Shown: positions 36,609-49,900 of the stretch, one piece after another
Position numbering within the stretch: position 1 is the stretch's first letter
Layout: each line of letters starts with the position of its first letter
Source of the DNA: Stegostoma tigrinum
Taxonomy: Eukaryota
Direction of reading: 5' to 3'
Assembly (NCBI RefSeq): GCF_030684315.1
Contig: NC_081374.1
Location: forward strand, 12,140,837-12,204,836
DNA: 64,000 nucleotides
Made by a program: the position numbers and the translations under genes
Notes under the pieces: generated by a model
Databases searched by the model: none
What the model was told of the DNA's origin: nothing
What the model saw: the letters and a program-made list of their open reading frames with translations, nothing else

Positions 36609-37724
36609 TATAAAGAGTGGGAATTTGTTTCTTAGTGGTTAACCAATGTCTGGTTGCATGACTTTACACTGAATGCAAAATCTAGCTCAATGTCGTTAAC
36701 ACAATGAAAGCAATTGGCATAATTGGAGTGTGCCAACATTCAAGGATTCACAGCCTATTGGCATCTCTGTAAATCACTACTAAGTAGAATTTGCTTTACA
36801 TTATGATCTTGGTCCTTGTTGTCAACAACCCTTCGCCCAACTGGTCAATAATTACTGAGCTGAACTTATTTCAAACCTTAAATGTGACTGTAGTACTGTG
36901 AAAAAGAAACAAGTACAGTGTCAAATACACAATCAACCAGAGGCTGAGAATTTATAATTTATAAATCTATAATTTATTATCCAGCAATACTAAGGCTGAA
37001 CATATTCTTCACCTTTAACTCTGATCAATTTAACCGGATGGAAGACAGTAAAATGATGTGAAATTTTAGAGAAATGCTATGGGAGATAATGAAGTATGTG
37101 CTATAAACTTCAACTGAGTTGAAGTAATGAATAATTATTCCCAGACACTTAAACAAAATTACAGACTGCAACTGTATAAATGAAAGTTTGGAATCCTATT
37201 TGTTCTGCCAATCTTGAAGTAAAACTGTACAAATTCAAACGATTTGTTTAGAAATGTCTTGTATAACAATTTCTGACTTTTGAAGTAGGATGGTTAAATT
37301 CAACAAACTTAGTAAAGTATAAACAATTTAGCAGATGTGTTTACTGAGGTACTAATAGTATGCTAATACATTTTTTTTTATTTAAATATGTGGTTGGTGA
37401 AGGATTGCTAACTCCCAGATATCTGTTTCTTTATCATATTTGTGCGACGACTTTATTTCTTGTTGAAATTACTGCATTTTTTTTCTTTATTAAATTAAAC
37501 CTTTACAAACACCCGCTCAGAATACGTGACTTTTAATTTTACTTTCCAAACGTGCTGAGATGTAACAGTGATTCAAATTATGCATGAACTTGAAGGCAGG
37601 TACTGGTTGTGATTGGGTCAGCAAAACACGGATATCAGATGTAAACGAGCAAATTTTAGAATATCACCTGATATGACAAAGTCTGAAATCACTAAAAACA
37701 TGGCATGACATTTACAGCATTACC

Positions 37725-37852
37725 TTGTGTAATAGATAACCTCGCAAGCGCTTTTGCGCAACCTATGGCAAACATTTCATTATTGCTAAGTCCATGAATT
37801 CTGTCTTTCAGACAGGAAGGAGACCACAGATTCAGAGTAAAACCAGACCGCA
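37725..37852 (+). promoter_or_regulatory. Putative proximal promoter of gene 2 (C/EBP, ETS, RUNX motifs)
   Basis: Perfect TTGCGCAA at 37754-37761, CAGGAAG at 37813-37819, ACCACA at 37823-37828 and ACCGCA at 37847-37852, all within 150 bp of ATG 37896. Confidence 0.4.
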
Positions 37853-37895
37853 CATAAGGCATTCTGTCCACAATATTGGCCAGACCCTTTTAATC

Positions 37896-37944
37896 ATGAA
37901 AGTAATTGAATTTATTATCATCCTCATTGCAGTTTCATTATCGG
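37896..37944 (+). CDS. Gene 2 exon 1, signal peptide
   Basis: atcATGa, MKVIEFIIILIAVSLS, phase-1 donor CGG|gtaagc. Confidence 0.85.
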
Positions 37945-40900
37945 GTAAGCAAACAAGTGGACTGAATCCAAATTCGAGAGATTACTTTTTTATGTTTCTC
38001 TTCAGGCATTTGTTAAAAAAAGGTTCTGTTTTAAACGCTACTTGTATTTGACAGAATGTGCAATGTTTTATTGTGAATAGCTATATAGAGATGTGCTCTG
38101 AAAGCTTGATGCTTTCCGTAAAGTTTGATTTTCACAACGCCAGAAGATAATTAGTGTATATTCAATAGACGGGAGAATATTATTCATATAATCAGTTTGC
38201 AATTGAAGAAATTACAACAACATTGGACGGTTAATGATTAAGACATAATGAGTGTCTTCATTCAGCCAGTGGTGTTATGCGTTTGTTAAAATAACTATGA
38301 GAATGTGGTCAGCATTTGCCTGTTGCAAGTCAAAGATTCATGTCACAGGATCACAGAATTGTTACAGTACTGATGGGCTTTTTTTTCTGGCTTTCAAGCC
38401 AAGGATTTCTTGGCCTTTTATTTGTCAGCTTTATTCTGCATGTCACTTAGATTTTCTATGAAAAATCTGATTAACGTGATCATTACGAACTTTCTTAATC
38501 AGCTGCTATTAAATCAAAAAGCCTTCTCATTGTAATTTTTTAAATACTTTCTGCTTTTCAAGATTCCGCTGGTTCTTCCAGTTTCAAGAGACGTTTTGGA
38601 GGTTTTGTTTGCAGAAGTTGATATGTTCCCATGGTTTTTGGCTGCTACTGGAGCAGGCACAGTTGTAATTTGTGCCAGATTCATCATCTTCCAACGTTTG
38701 TTGCATCAGAGGGATGTCCAAACAAAGGGTCACTGGACCCCAAAATGTTAACTCTGACTTCTCTTCACAGATCCTGCCAGGCCTGCTGAGCTTTTCCAAC
38801 AATTTCTGTTTCTCTTTAAGCAGCATGTTGAAGTTGTCAGGAGGGACTGCGGGTTGGGCAAATCCTGTGCCTGACCCTTCAAAGTGGGCCATCTCAGGTG
38901 AAGATGTTATTGGGGACATGAATACTCCTTTTACAGCATCTTCTAAACCCATGACCTCCACTATTTGGAGGGCAAGAGCAGTGGAGGCATGGGACACTAC
39001 TACCTTTAAGTTCCTCTCCAAGCCACACATCATTCTGACTTGGAACATATCACTGTTCCTTCAGGTTTCTGGGTCAAATCCTGGAAGTCCCTTCCTATGT
39101 ATCAGAGATAATAAGAACTGCAGATGCTGGAGAATCTGAGAAAACAAAATGTGGGGCTGGATGAACACAGCAGGCAAAGCAGCATCTTAGGAGCACAAAA
39201 GCTGCCGATTTAGGCCTAGGCCCTCCATCACAATTGGGGGAGGGGGAGAGGCTGCTGAAATAAATAGGAAGTGAGGGGGAGGCGGATCGAAAATGGATAG
39301 AGGAGAAGATAGGTGGAGAGGAGACAGACAAGTTAAAGAGGTGGGGATGGAGCTGGTAGAGGTGAGTATAGATGGGGAGGTAGGGAGGGGATAGGTCAGT
39401 CCGGGGAGGATGGACAGGTCAAGGGGGCAGGATGAGTTTAGTAGGAAGGAAATAGGGGTGCCATTTGAGGCGGGAGGAGGAGATAAGTGAGAAGAAGAAT
39501 AGGTTAGGGAGGTGGGGATGAACTGGGCTGGTTTGAGGATGCATTTGGGAGAGGGGAGATTTTGAAGCTTGTGAAATCCACATTGATACCATTAGGCTGC
39601 AGGGTTCCCAAGCGGAATATGAGTTGCTGCTCCTGCAACCTTCGGGTGGCATTGTTGTGACACTGCAGGAGGCCCAGGATGGACATGTTGTATAAGGAAT
39701 GGGAGGGGGAGTTAAAACGGTTCGCGACTGGGAGGTGCAGTTGTTTACTGCGAACCGAGCGTAGGTGTTCTGCAAAGTGGTCCCCAAGCCTCCGCTTGGT
39801 TTCCCCAATGTAGAGGAAGCCACAACAGGTAAAGTGGATGCAGTGTACCACATTGGCAGATGTGCAGGTGAATATCTGCTTGACATGGAAAGTCTTCTTG
39901 GGGCCTGGGATATGGGTGAGGGAGGAGGTGTGGGGACAAGTGTAGCACTTCCTGCAGTTGCAGGGGAAAGTGCCAGGTGTGGTGGGGTTGGAGGGGAGTG
40001 TGGAGCGGACAAGGGAGTCCCGGAGAGAGTGGTCCCTCCGGAAGGAGTCCTCTACACTTGGGAAAGCCAGCACAGTCTCCCCCCGTCCCTATTTATTTCA
40101 GAACCGTCTTCCCCTCCCCCATTTGTGATGGAGGGTCTAGGCTCGAAACATCAGCTTTTGTGCTCCTAAGATGCTGCTTGGCCTGCTGTGTTCATCCAGC
40201 TTCACACTTTGTTATCTTAGTCCCTTCCCTATGTGCTGTGTAGGCATACCAACTCCTGTGGACTGAAGCAGTTCAGGAAGGCAATTCAACACCACCAACT
40301 CAACAACAATTAGGCACAAGCAAGAAATGCTGCTCCAGCGAGCTACACCTACATCCAATCAAAGAATAATATAAAGAACTGACTACCTGGCACTGCAATA
40401 TATTTTTTTGAAGCAGAGCTATTCATCTGGAGGGTAGGCAAGAGAGCCCTCAGTTGACTAAAGCTGTAGCAAGTAAGAATTTTTTTTAAACCTCCTTTCT
40501 GGGACCAGGAATGTACTCTGCAGATCAACAACAATGTCACAGTTTGCAGACTTGTGTCCAACAAGATACCTCAGTTGGTTTGATATAGACGCAGCACCTA
40601 ACCTTTCTGAGTAGTGTTGCCGGCCCATGGAATTCCAATGGGATCAAATGTATCACTACAGGCTATTATACAGTGGAGAAATGAACCTACGTCTTTTCAG
40701 ACCCAGCGATCTGGTACGCCGGGAAAATAAATAGTGCGGCACGGTGGCTCGGTGGTTAGCACTGCTGCCTCACAGCGCCAGGGCCCTGGGTTTGATTCCA
40801 GCCTCCAGTGACTGTCTATGTGGATATTGCACATTCTTCCCGTGTCTACATGGCTTTCCTCCAAGTACTCTGGTTTCCTTCCGCAGTCCAAAACTGTGCT

Positions 40901-43900
40901 GGTTAGGCAGATTGGCCAAGCTAAATTGTCCTAGTGTTCAGGGATGTGTAGATTAGGTGGGTTATGCAGAGATAGGTCTGGGTGGAATGCTGTGAGGGTT
41001 GGTGTGGACTTGTTGGGCTGAAGGACCTGTTTCCACAACATAGGGATTCTATGAAATTTGATGAAACTAACAACAGAGTATTGATAAATTTGCATATGTT
41101 AAGCAATCAATAATTTGCAATCTGAATCTGAATTGATCATATACTTGGATAGCACAGACAGAAATTGTTACAACCCACTTTCACAAAAAATTGTTCAATT
41201 AAGTGCCCATTGTCCACAAGGGACATAGACATCTCTTTCCATTGGACAGAGACAATTGGTTATACATAGCTAGAGCAGAGGAGACTGAAGGGAGACATAA
41301 TTGAGATTTATAAAATTATTAGGGACATAGATGGAGTCAACAGGAAGGAATATTTCCCCTTGGTAGAGGAATCTGGGGCAAGGGGCTCAAAGTGAATGTG
41401 AGGAAAGTTTTTTCATACAGATCATGGTAGGAATCTCAACTCATTGCCTTTAAAGATAAAAGCAAAACCCTCATAACATTTAAGAAGAATTTAGACATGC
41501 ACTTATGATGCCAAGGCATGGGAAATGGGGTTAGAATAGTTTGTGACTTGTGCAGACTCAATGGGCTGAAGCAAAATCAGAAAATGCTAGAAAATCTCAG
41601 CAGGCTTTGCAGCTTCTGTGGAGAGAGCAGAGTTAATGTTTTGGCTCCACTGACCCTTCTTCAGAACTGCAGAGGATCTGAAGAAGGGTCACTTGACCTG
41701 AAATGTTGTCTCTACTTTCTCTCCGCTGATGCTGCCCAATTTGCTGAGTTTTTCCAGCAATTTCTGATTTTGCGTCTCACTCCCAGATTCCACCGCTCCA
41801 TGTTTTTGTTTCTTGTTTAATGGGCTAAAAGGTCTTTTCCTGTGCTGTAGACCTCTATGACTCTATAAAGTGAGGAGGAAGCAGGGCTGCTTGAACTGTG
41901 CAGCCATTACAAGGATTGAACATGCGCCATTGACATTGTACTGGACCACTTTATAGACATATGGCCAACTGAGCTAACTAACATCTCCGTCCTATCACCT
42001 ACCACCTCCAGCCCCTGCAACTATAACTGAATCTATAACTGAAACCTATAACTGAATCTTCCATGCTTAGTGCAACAAACAGCAGGGAAAGTAGCAGGAC
42101 TCCTTCCTGATGATATTTTTGCCTGTACATTTTGATAAATTATTTGTTTCAGGATGTTGACAACATCATAAATTTTGGATTCATCATCCAAGTGTAGGTG
42201 CCTTGAGAAATTTTCCTTGAATCTGGCAGAATTCATAGTAATCATCCTCCCACAGTGGTGGGGTGTAGGACGTTCAAGTTATTATCAATGTATGACCAAA
42301 TGTCCAAGGCAAGGTGGTGCATGGTCTGTTGTTTCCATGAATTTTCTTGTAGTTGTTATGGTGCAAAGAGGTATTATCAAACTCACTTGGTGAGCTGTTA
42401 CAGAACAAGCTGCAAATAGTGCCTGTGTTACTGGTAGAAAATATGGATATTGAACTTAGTGATAGAGAAAGGCAAAGTCACTATAATCCCAGCAGCAAAG
42501 TCACTATAATCAAAGCAGCAGCAACGTAGCAGCAAGATCTGCAATAATTAGCCTCTGATTAGCACAACTATTTTCTTGTGCCAGAATTAATTTTGGTCAT
42601 CAGAGAATGTTTCTTTTTACCATCATTGAGCTGAGTTTTCTAGTGAGCCCTTGGTACTATATTCACCATAATGCAGCCCTGACGCCAAGGACAGCTCCCT
42701 GAGTATTTAGCTCTTCTGTTGATGTTTAGTGTCTGGCAGTCACAAAGTCAAGAGCTATATATTCAAGTGGCATTGTGGACAGCCTTGTTACAGCTAACTT
42801 GTGAATACACTCCAACTTTAAAGTAAAAAGGGCCAATGAGTTAAAGAATTCACATGAAATTGGATGCTGTTTGTTGGATTTTGTCAAGTGAGAGTTGGAC
42901 CAGTTTCTGTCTGGAGATACCTCCTTGGAAAGACTAAGTTCTGTTTGCAATAGCAAAAACAGAAGTTGCAGTAAAAGCTCAGCAGTTCTGGCAGCATCTT
43001 GTGAAGGAAAAAATCAGTGACCATTTCGGCTTCCTCAGAACCATCCCGAGGAAGGGTGACCGGACCCTAGGTGTTAATTCTGACTTTGTTCTCAATAGAC
43101 GTTGCCAGACCTGCTGAACCTTTGCAGCAATTTCTGTTTTTGTTCCTGATTTACAGCATCCGCAGTTCTTTTGGTTTTTATTCTATATGGAGGAATTTGC
43201 TCAGAGCAGCTTGTGGACTAGATTTGATCAGCAAAGAGGTTTGCAGACAATTGTGGCTTTGAGTGTTAAGCAGGAAGTATAAATTGTAAAACATAATTGT
43301 AAAAATAATTGTAATTAGTATAGATGGTAAATTATTGATCGTCTGGGACTGATGCTTGTGGCACTCCATTAATGACATCTTTCCAAACGGAACAAGTTCC
43401 TTAATCCCAACTCTATTAACAGAAATGTTAGAATTCAAAAAGATGGTACTAAAACTAGCTTAAAGGCACCTGAAAGTTACCTGAATGCTCGTAGCATTCA
43501 AAACAAGGTAGATTAGTCAACGGCACAAATCATCGCGAATGAGTATGATTTGATAGCTATTATGGAGACCTGGTTGCAAGATGGTCATAACTGGGAATTA
43601 AATATCCAGGAATATCAGATTATTCAGAAGGACAGACAGGAAGGTAAGGGAAGTAGTGTAGCTCTGATATTTAAGGATGACATCAGGGCAGTAGTGAGAG
43701 ATGATATGGGTTCTATGAGAATAAGGTTGAATCTGTTTCGGTGTAAATTAGAAATTCTAAGGAGAAGAGGTCACTGATAGGCATAGGCTATAGGCCACCA
43801 AATAATAACATCACATTGGGGTGGGCATTAAACAAAGAAATAACTAATGCCTACAAAACTGGCATGGCAATTACCATGGGGGATTCTAATTTACATGTCA

Positions 43901-46900
43901 ATTGGTCAAACCAGGTCAGTGGAAGAGTTAACTGAATGTAATCACGATCATTGTCTTGAACAGTATGGAATGGAACTGATGAGGGAGCAATCTGCCGTAC
44001 ACCTGGTGTACTGGGACAGGAATCATTTATGATCTCATAGTCAGGGATCTTCTTGGAAGGAGCAATCACAGTACGGTTGTTTCTTTACCAGGGTTCTATC
44101 CTTAAACAAAGGAGACCACAATAGGATGAGGGAGGAGTTGGCTGAAGTAGGCTGGAAGCAAAAACTTTACGACGGGACAGTTCAGAAACAGTGGAGGACT
44201 TTCAAAGCAATTTTTCAAAGTGCTCAGCAGAAGTATATACCAGTGAAAAGGAAGGAATGTCGGAAAAGGGGCAATCAGCCACGGATGAGTAACAAAATAA
44301 GGCAGGCTATCAAATTGAAAGGCAAGGCATACAAAATGGCAAAGGCCAGTGGGACAGTGGAAGATTGGGAAAACTGTCAACATCAACAGAAAAAAAACTA
44401 TGAAGAAAAGTAAGTAGGTTATGAGAGTAAAATAGCTCAGAATATAAAGAGAGATAGCAAAAGTTTCTATAAATATGTAAAATGAAAAGAAATGGTTAAG
44501 GTAAACATTGGTCCTTTAGAGGGTGTGAAGGGGGATTTAATAAGGGGAATGAGGAAATAGCTGAGGCATTGGACAGGTTTTTTGTGTCAGTCTTCACCAT
44601 GGAGGGCACAAATAATTTGCCAGTAATTGATGACAAAGATACTAAGGTAGGTGAGGACTGAGACACGATCATTATCCTAAAAGAGGTAGTGTTGGGCAGG
44701 CCAATGGAGCTAAAGCTAGACAAGTCTCCCGGACCTGATGGAATGCATCCCAGGCAAGGAGATGGTGAGAGTAATAGCAAAGGCACTTGTGCTAATTTTC
44801 AAAAATTCACTGGGCTCTGGGGCAGTTCCAGCATATTGAAAAACAGCCAATGTGACGCTGCTGTTCAAAAGAGGAGGCAGACAAACGATAGAGAATTATA
44901 AACCAGTTAGCTTAACTTTTGTAGTGGGGAGAATATTTGAATCTATCATCAAGGAAGAAATAGCAAGACATCTCAGTATAAATTGTCCCATTTGGGCGGA
45001 CGCAGCATAGGTTCATGAAAGGCAGGTCGTGTTTAACTAGCTTACTGGAATTCTGTGGAGACATTATGAGCACAGTGGACAACAGGGATCCAGTAGCTGT
45101 GGTGTATCTAGATTTCCAAAAGGAATTCAGCAAGGTGCCACACAAAAGGCTGCTGTATAAGATGAAGGTGCTCTGTGTTACATGCAATGTATTAGCATGA
45201 ATGGCGTCTTCTACATTGGGGAAACCAAGCAGGGTCTTGGGGACCGCTTTGCAGAACACCTCCGCTCGGTTCACAATAAACAACTGCACCTCCCAGTCAT
45301 GAGCCATTTCAACTCCACCTCGCATTCCTTAGACAACATACCCATCCTGGGCCTCCTGCAGTGCCACAACGATGCCACCCGAAGGTTGCAGGAACAGTAA
45401 CTCATATTCCACTTGGGAACTCTGCAGCCCAATGGTATCAATGTGGATTTCACAAGCTTCAAAATCTCCCCTTCCCCCACTGCATTTCAAAACCAGCCCA
45501 GCTCGTTCCCACCTCCCTACCCTGTTCTTCCTCTCAACTATCCCCTCCTCCCACCTCAAGCCGCACCTTCATTTCCTACCCACTAACCTTATCCCGCCAC
45601 CATGACCTGTCCATCCTCCTTGGACTGGCCTATCCCCTCCCTACCTCCCCACCTATACTCTCCTCTACAGTCTCCATCCCCGCCTCTTTAACTTGTCTGT
45701 CTCCTCTCCACCTATCTTCTCCTCTAACCATCTTGGATCCACCTCCCATCTCTCCTTATTTATTTCAGAACCCTCTCCCCATTCCCCCTTTTCTGATGAA
45801 GGGTCTAGGCCCGAAGCGTTAGCTTTGGTGCTCCTAAGATGCTGCTTGGCCTGCTGTGTTCATCCAGCTCCACACCTGGCTTTCTCGGATTCTCCAGCAT
45901 CTGCAGTTCCTATTATCTCTGTGAACTCCTCTTCTATCTCTCGAGATGCTGCCCAACCCATCACGAGTTTCCAGCGTTTTCTGATTTTAATTCAGACCTT
46001 CAGAATCCACAATATCCACTTTTAAATCATTTGCTAAAATGTTGGCATTATTTATTACAACGGAATTGTGTGGAGGATGCAAGTTAAGGTACTTCATTTT
46101 AAAAAGCCTTAGAATTCACTTGCAGCATTCAATCTAACAGCTATGGCCACTCATGAGGTAAGGTGTGTGTTGTATTGTTGCATATGTTTTATTTGTTGCA
46201 ATGGTTGGTATTCACCAGCAGCAAAAAGACAAGAGAAAGATGCAAGATACTTTAGTTTAGAAAAACAGGTTAGAAGCTGAGAAAGACTCCAGTGAGCATC
46301 CAGCTGGTAGGAAGAAAACAGAAATGTTAGTTTGCAACTTAACTGCTTTCAGAAACTCTGGCTCAAAAAGCTCAAAGACGTAGCTGTGAATGAGAAATCA
46401 GTTGTAAGTGCTTTTATTTTTTCCAGAATGTGGACTGGGCCTGCATGCTGCAAGAACCATAAGTGGGCTGAGGCCAATACAGTTCAACACCTAAAAACAG
46501 GCCATAGTCAGTGGCCTGTAGATAATACAACTGCTTTGAGCTTAAGCCATTGCACAAAGGACATATTTAAATACGAGTTGTTCTTACTCAATTTATTCGA
46601 TGATTTTCCATGACACAAGCAAAATTAGATCTTTTTTTAAACCTATAACATACTGAAAAGAGTAGTCAGGGAACCAACATTTTGAAGAGCGGGCAGATCC
46701 AGGCTATTTGTTATCAAATGGAACTTAATAAAAGTCAATGAACTTTGTGGCTTGTTTAATGTTCTGATTCATGGCCAGGAAATGGTCTGCCCGGAATGCA
46801 CTCTGAATGATTTGCACAACAATAACTCACACTCTGCAAACAAACAAGCTATTTATTAAATCAGTTTTGGGTATAGAATGTAAATACATTGCTTTAGAGT

Positions 46901-49900
46901 ATTTCATTTCTAAGAGCATTTTAGAACAAACTTTTTCCCACAGAACTTGCAGCATTATTTTCAAAACCCTAAACTTGTAATTTTATTAATTTCGTTTTTT
47001 GATATTTCATGAGTGGCAGACTTTCAAAGCGTACTGAAAGTTGCTTAGTGGGGAGAAGGAGAACCCTGCAGCCCAATGGTCTCAATGCGGACTTCACAAG
47101 CTTCAAAATCTCCCCACCCCCGACCTCATCCCAAGACCAGCCAGCTTGTCCCCGCCTCCTTGACCTGTCTGTCTTTTCTCCCACCAAGCCGCTCCTCCCA
47201 CCTCACCGACAAACCCCCACTTCCACTTCTTACCTACTAGCCTCATCCCTCCCTCCTTGACCTGTCCATATTCTCTCCCATCTCCACCCCCGCAACCGAC
47301 CACCTCCCATCCCAAATCCCTACCTACACTCACCTTTACTGGCTCCATTCCCACCTCTTTGACCTGTCCATCTGCTCTTCTTTCCTCCTTCCATCATCGC
47401 CTCTCCCTCTCTCTGTTTATTTGAGTCCCTTCCCTTTACCCATTTCTGAAGAAGGGACCTGACCCAAAACATCAGCTTTCTTGCTCCTCTAGTATTGCCT
47501 GGCCTGCTGTGTTCACCCAGCTCTACACCTTGTTATCTCAGACTCCAGCATCGGAAGTTCCTACTATCTCTAAGTGGCAGTTGCAGTTCTGAAGAAGCGT
47601 CAGTGGGCTTGAAATGTTAACTCTGTTTCTCTTCACAGATGCTGCTAAATCTGCTGAGTTTCTCCAGCGATTTCTGTTTTTGTTTCAGTTTTTTATTGAT
47701 AACTGATAGGTAATAGTGTCTGCCAATGGATTGGGATGTCAGAATAGATTAGATTAGATTAGATTCCCTACAGTGTGGAAACAGGCCCTTTGGCCCAACA
47801 AGTCCACACCGCCCCTTGAAGCATCCCACCCAGGCCCATCCCCTTATAACCCACACACTCCTGAGCACTATGGGCAATTTAGCATGGCCAATCCACCTAG
47901 CCTGCACATCTTTGGACTGTGGGAGGAAACCAGAGCACCCGGACGAAACCCACGCAGACATGGGGAGAATGTGCAAACTCCACGCAAACAGTTACCCGAG
48001 GCTGGAATCGAACCCGGGTCCATGGCGCTATGAGGCTGCAGTGCTAACCACTGAGCCACTTTGCCACCCATCATTCAGCTGGCTAGAATGTGATGCAGAA
48101 TAACAATGGTGTGGAATCAATCCCTGTACTGACAGTGGTAACTCATGGAATGGAGTTACGTCCCTCAAACCAGACGTAAACAGTATGCCCGTCTAATGGT
48201 TAAAAATGCCTATGCTCCTTTGTGGAATATAGTTAATTACAAGATATAAAAATGTTTAGGCAATGTCAGAATTATTTTTCCTTATTTTTCCAGTATGTTC
48301 ACTTCTAGCTCTTTATTCAATAGGAAAGGGTTATGGAGACAGCGATCTGTGATGGATTCCCAATGCAATGCCTTGACAAATTAATTTATTATCGGCCATG
48401 TGGAGGTGCTGGTGTTGGCCTGTTGTCTACAATGTCAGAAGTCACATAACACCCGAAACATCAGCTTGCCTGCTCCTCTGATGCTGCTTGGCCTGCCGTG
48501 TTCATCCAGCTCTACACCATGTTATACCATGCTACAGTCCAAAAGGTTTATTTGAAATCACAAGCTTTTGAAACGCTGCCCCTTCATCACCTGACAATGG
48601 GGCAGTGCTAAAAAAGCTTGTGATTTCAAATAAACCTGTTGGACTGTTGTGTGACGTCTGATCTTGTCATCAGCTAAGATTAACAATTAACAGTTCCTGT
48701 CCCTCCATGCCAACCATGACCCAAGCAATCAACACCCACTCTCTTACTGTGTAAAGTATCACCCCCTTTCAAGATTTGCAAACTTACATTCCAGTCCTTC
48801 AATTTCGAGTCTCCAATGTTTCACTTCTAAACTACCAAGCAATTACTTGTATAATGCTTAATGTTTACTAATGATTTTGAAGACACTAATTTGAGAAGAG
48901 TAAAGTATCTAACAGCTTGGACAATCAGCTCCATAACAAATGATCAATAAGCTCACATGAATAATAACGTTCATTAAGCTTGATGTTAATTTACCATCAA
49001 ATTCAGCAAGGCAGTCAAGCATATCACTGTAATGTATATGACAAGTAAACTTAGTATTCAAAGTGGCAAATAATTGTCAAATAATGCGTAGAATCCTTTG
49101 TTTCATTCTTGTCGGTGCGCTGTCATCCATTAGAATCACAAAATCCCTACAATATGGAAGCAGGCCATTCAGCCCATCACATCCACACCAACCCTCTGAA
49201 GAGAATCCCACTTAGACCCATCCCCCTGCCCTATCCCTGTAGCCTTGCATTTCCCATGGCTAATCCACCTAGCCTGCACATCCCTAGACACTATGGGTGA
49301 TTTAGCAATCCACCTAACAGGCACATCTTTGCACTGTGGGAGGAAACCAGAGCACCCAGAGGAAACTCACACAGACACAGGGAGAATGTGCAAACTACAC
49401 ACAGACAGTTGTCCAAGGGTGGGTCAAACCCAGGTCTCTGTCGCTGTGAGGCAGCAGTGCTAACCACGGAACCACCTTGCTGCTTTATTTGAATGAGCCT
49501 CATCTATTTTTCATTCTGCTTCTATTCTTCTTTGGTTTTACCCATTTTTGTTTATTTCTCATTGTTGATCACATGAAAATTCCTTTATACCACTTATCTA
49601 TTTTAGCTTTGATGAAGATTCCGCATCCAAAAATATTCAGCAGTGTTTTTATTGTCCATAGATGCTAATGAACTGGTTGATTATTTCCAGCATTTTCCCT
49701 TTAATTTCATTTTTTGTGAACTCTCGTTTCCTCAAAAGTCTAGCACTTTGCATCATCATTGCTGAGCCAATGTTATAACCAAACTTTCATAACAAGCAAA
49801 TTAGCACTTTCAAATGATGGAGTCACATGTAAAATTTGCTGTCTGTCAGTTTAAGTTTCAGTTCACTTGTGCAACAAAGTAGATTCTTTATTGGTTGATT

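Noticed and set aside
38584-39139. Overlapping 154/155-aa ORFs on both strands, and many similar 60-200 aa ORFs in the track
   Set aside because: They span repeat fragments or are alternative frames of SINE/Penelope/CR1 sequence, with no domain motifs or exon context.
42020-42060. Short tandem repeats (13-bp unit x3; also the 17-bp duplication at 42472-42511) as a CRISPR-like array
   Set aside because: Simple slippage duplications without unique spacers, in vertebrate DNA.
45793-45820. Idea that sense-strand intronic hammerheads are selectively inactivated
   Set aside because: Some sense copies are mutated (45793, 47446), but 25318 and 41678 keep the core. The sample is too small and confounded by element age.
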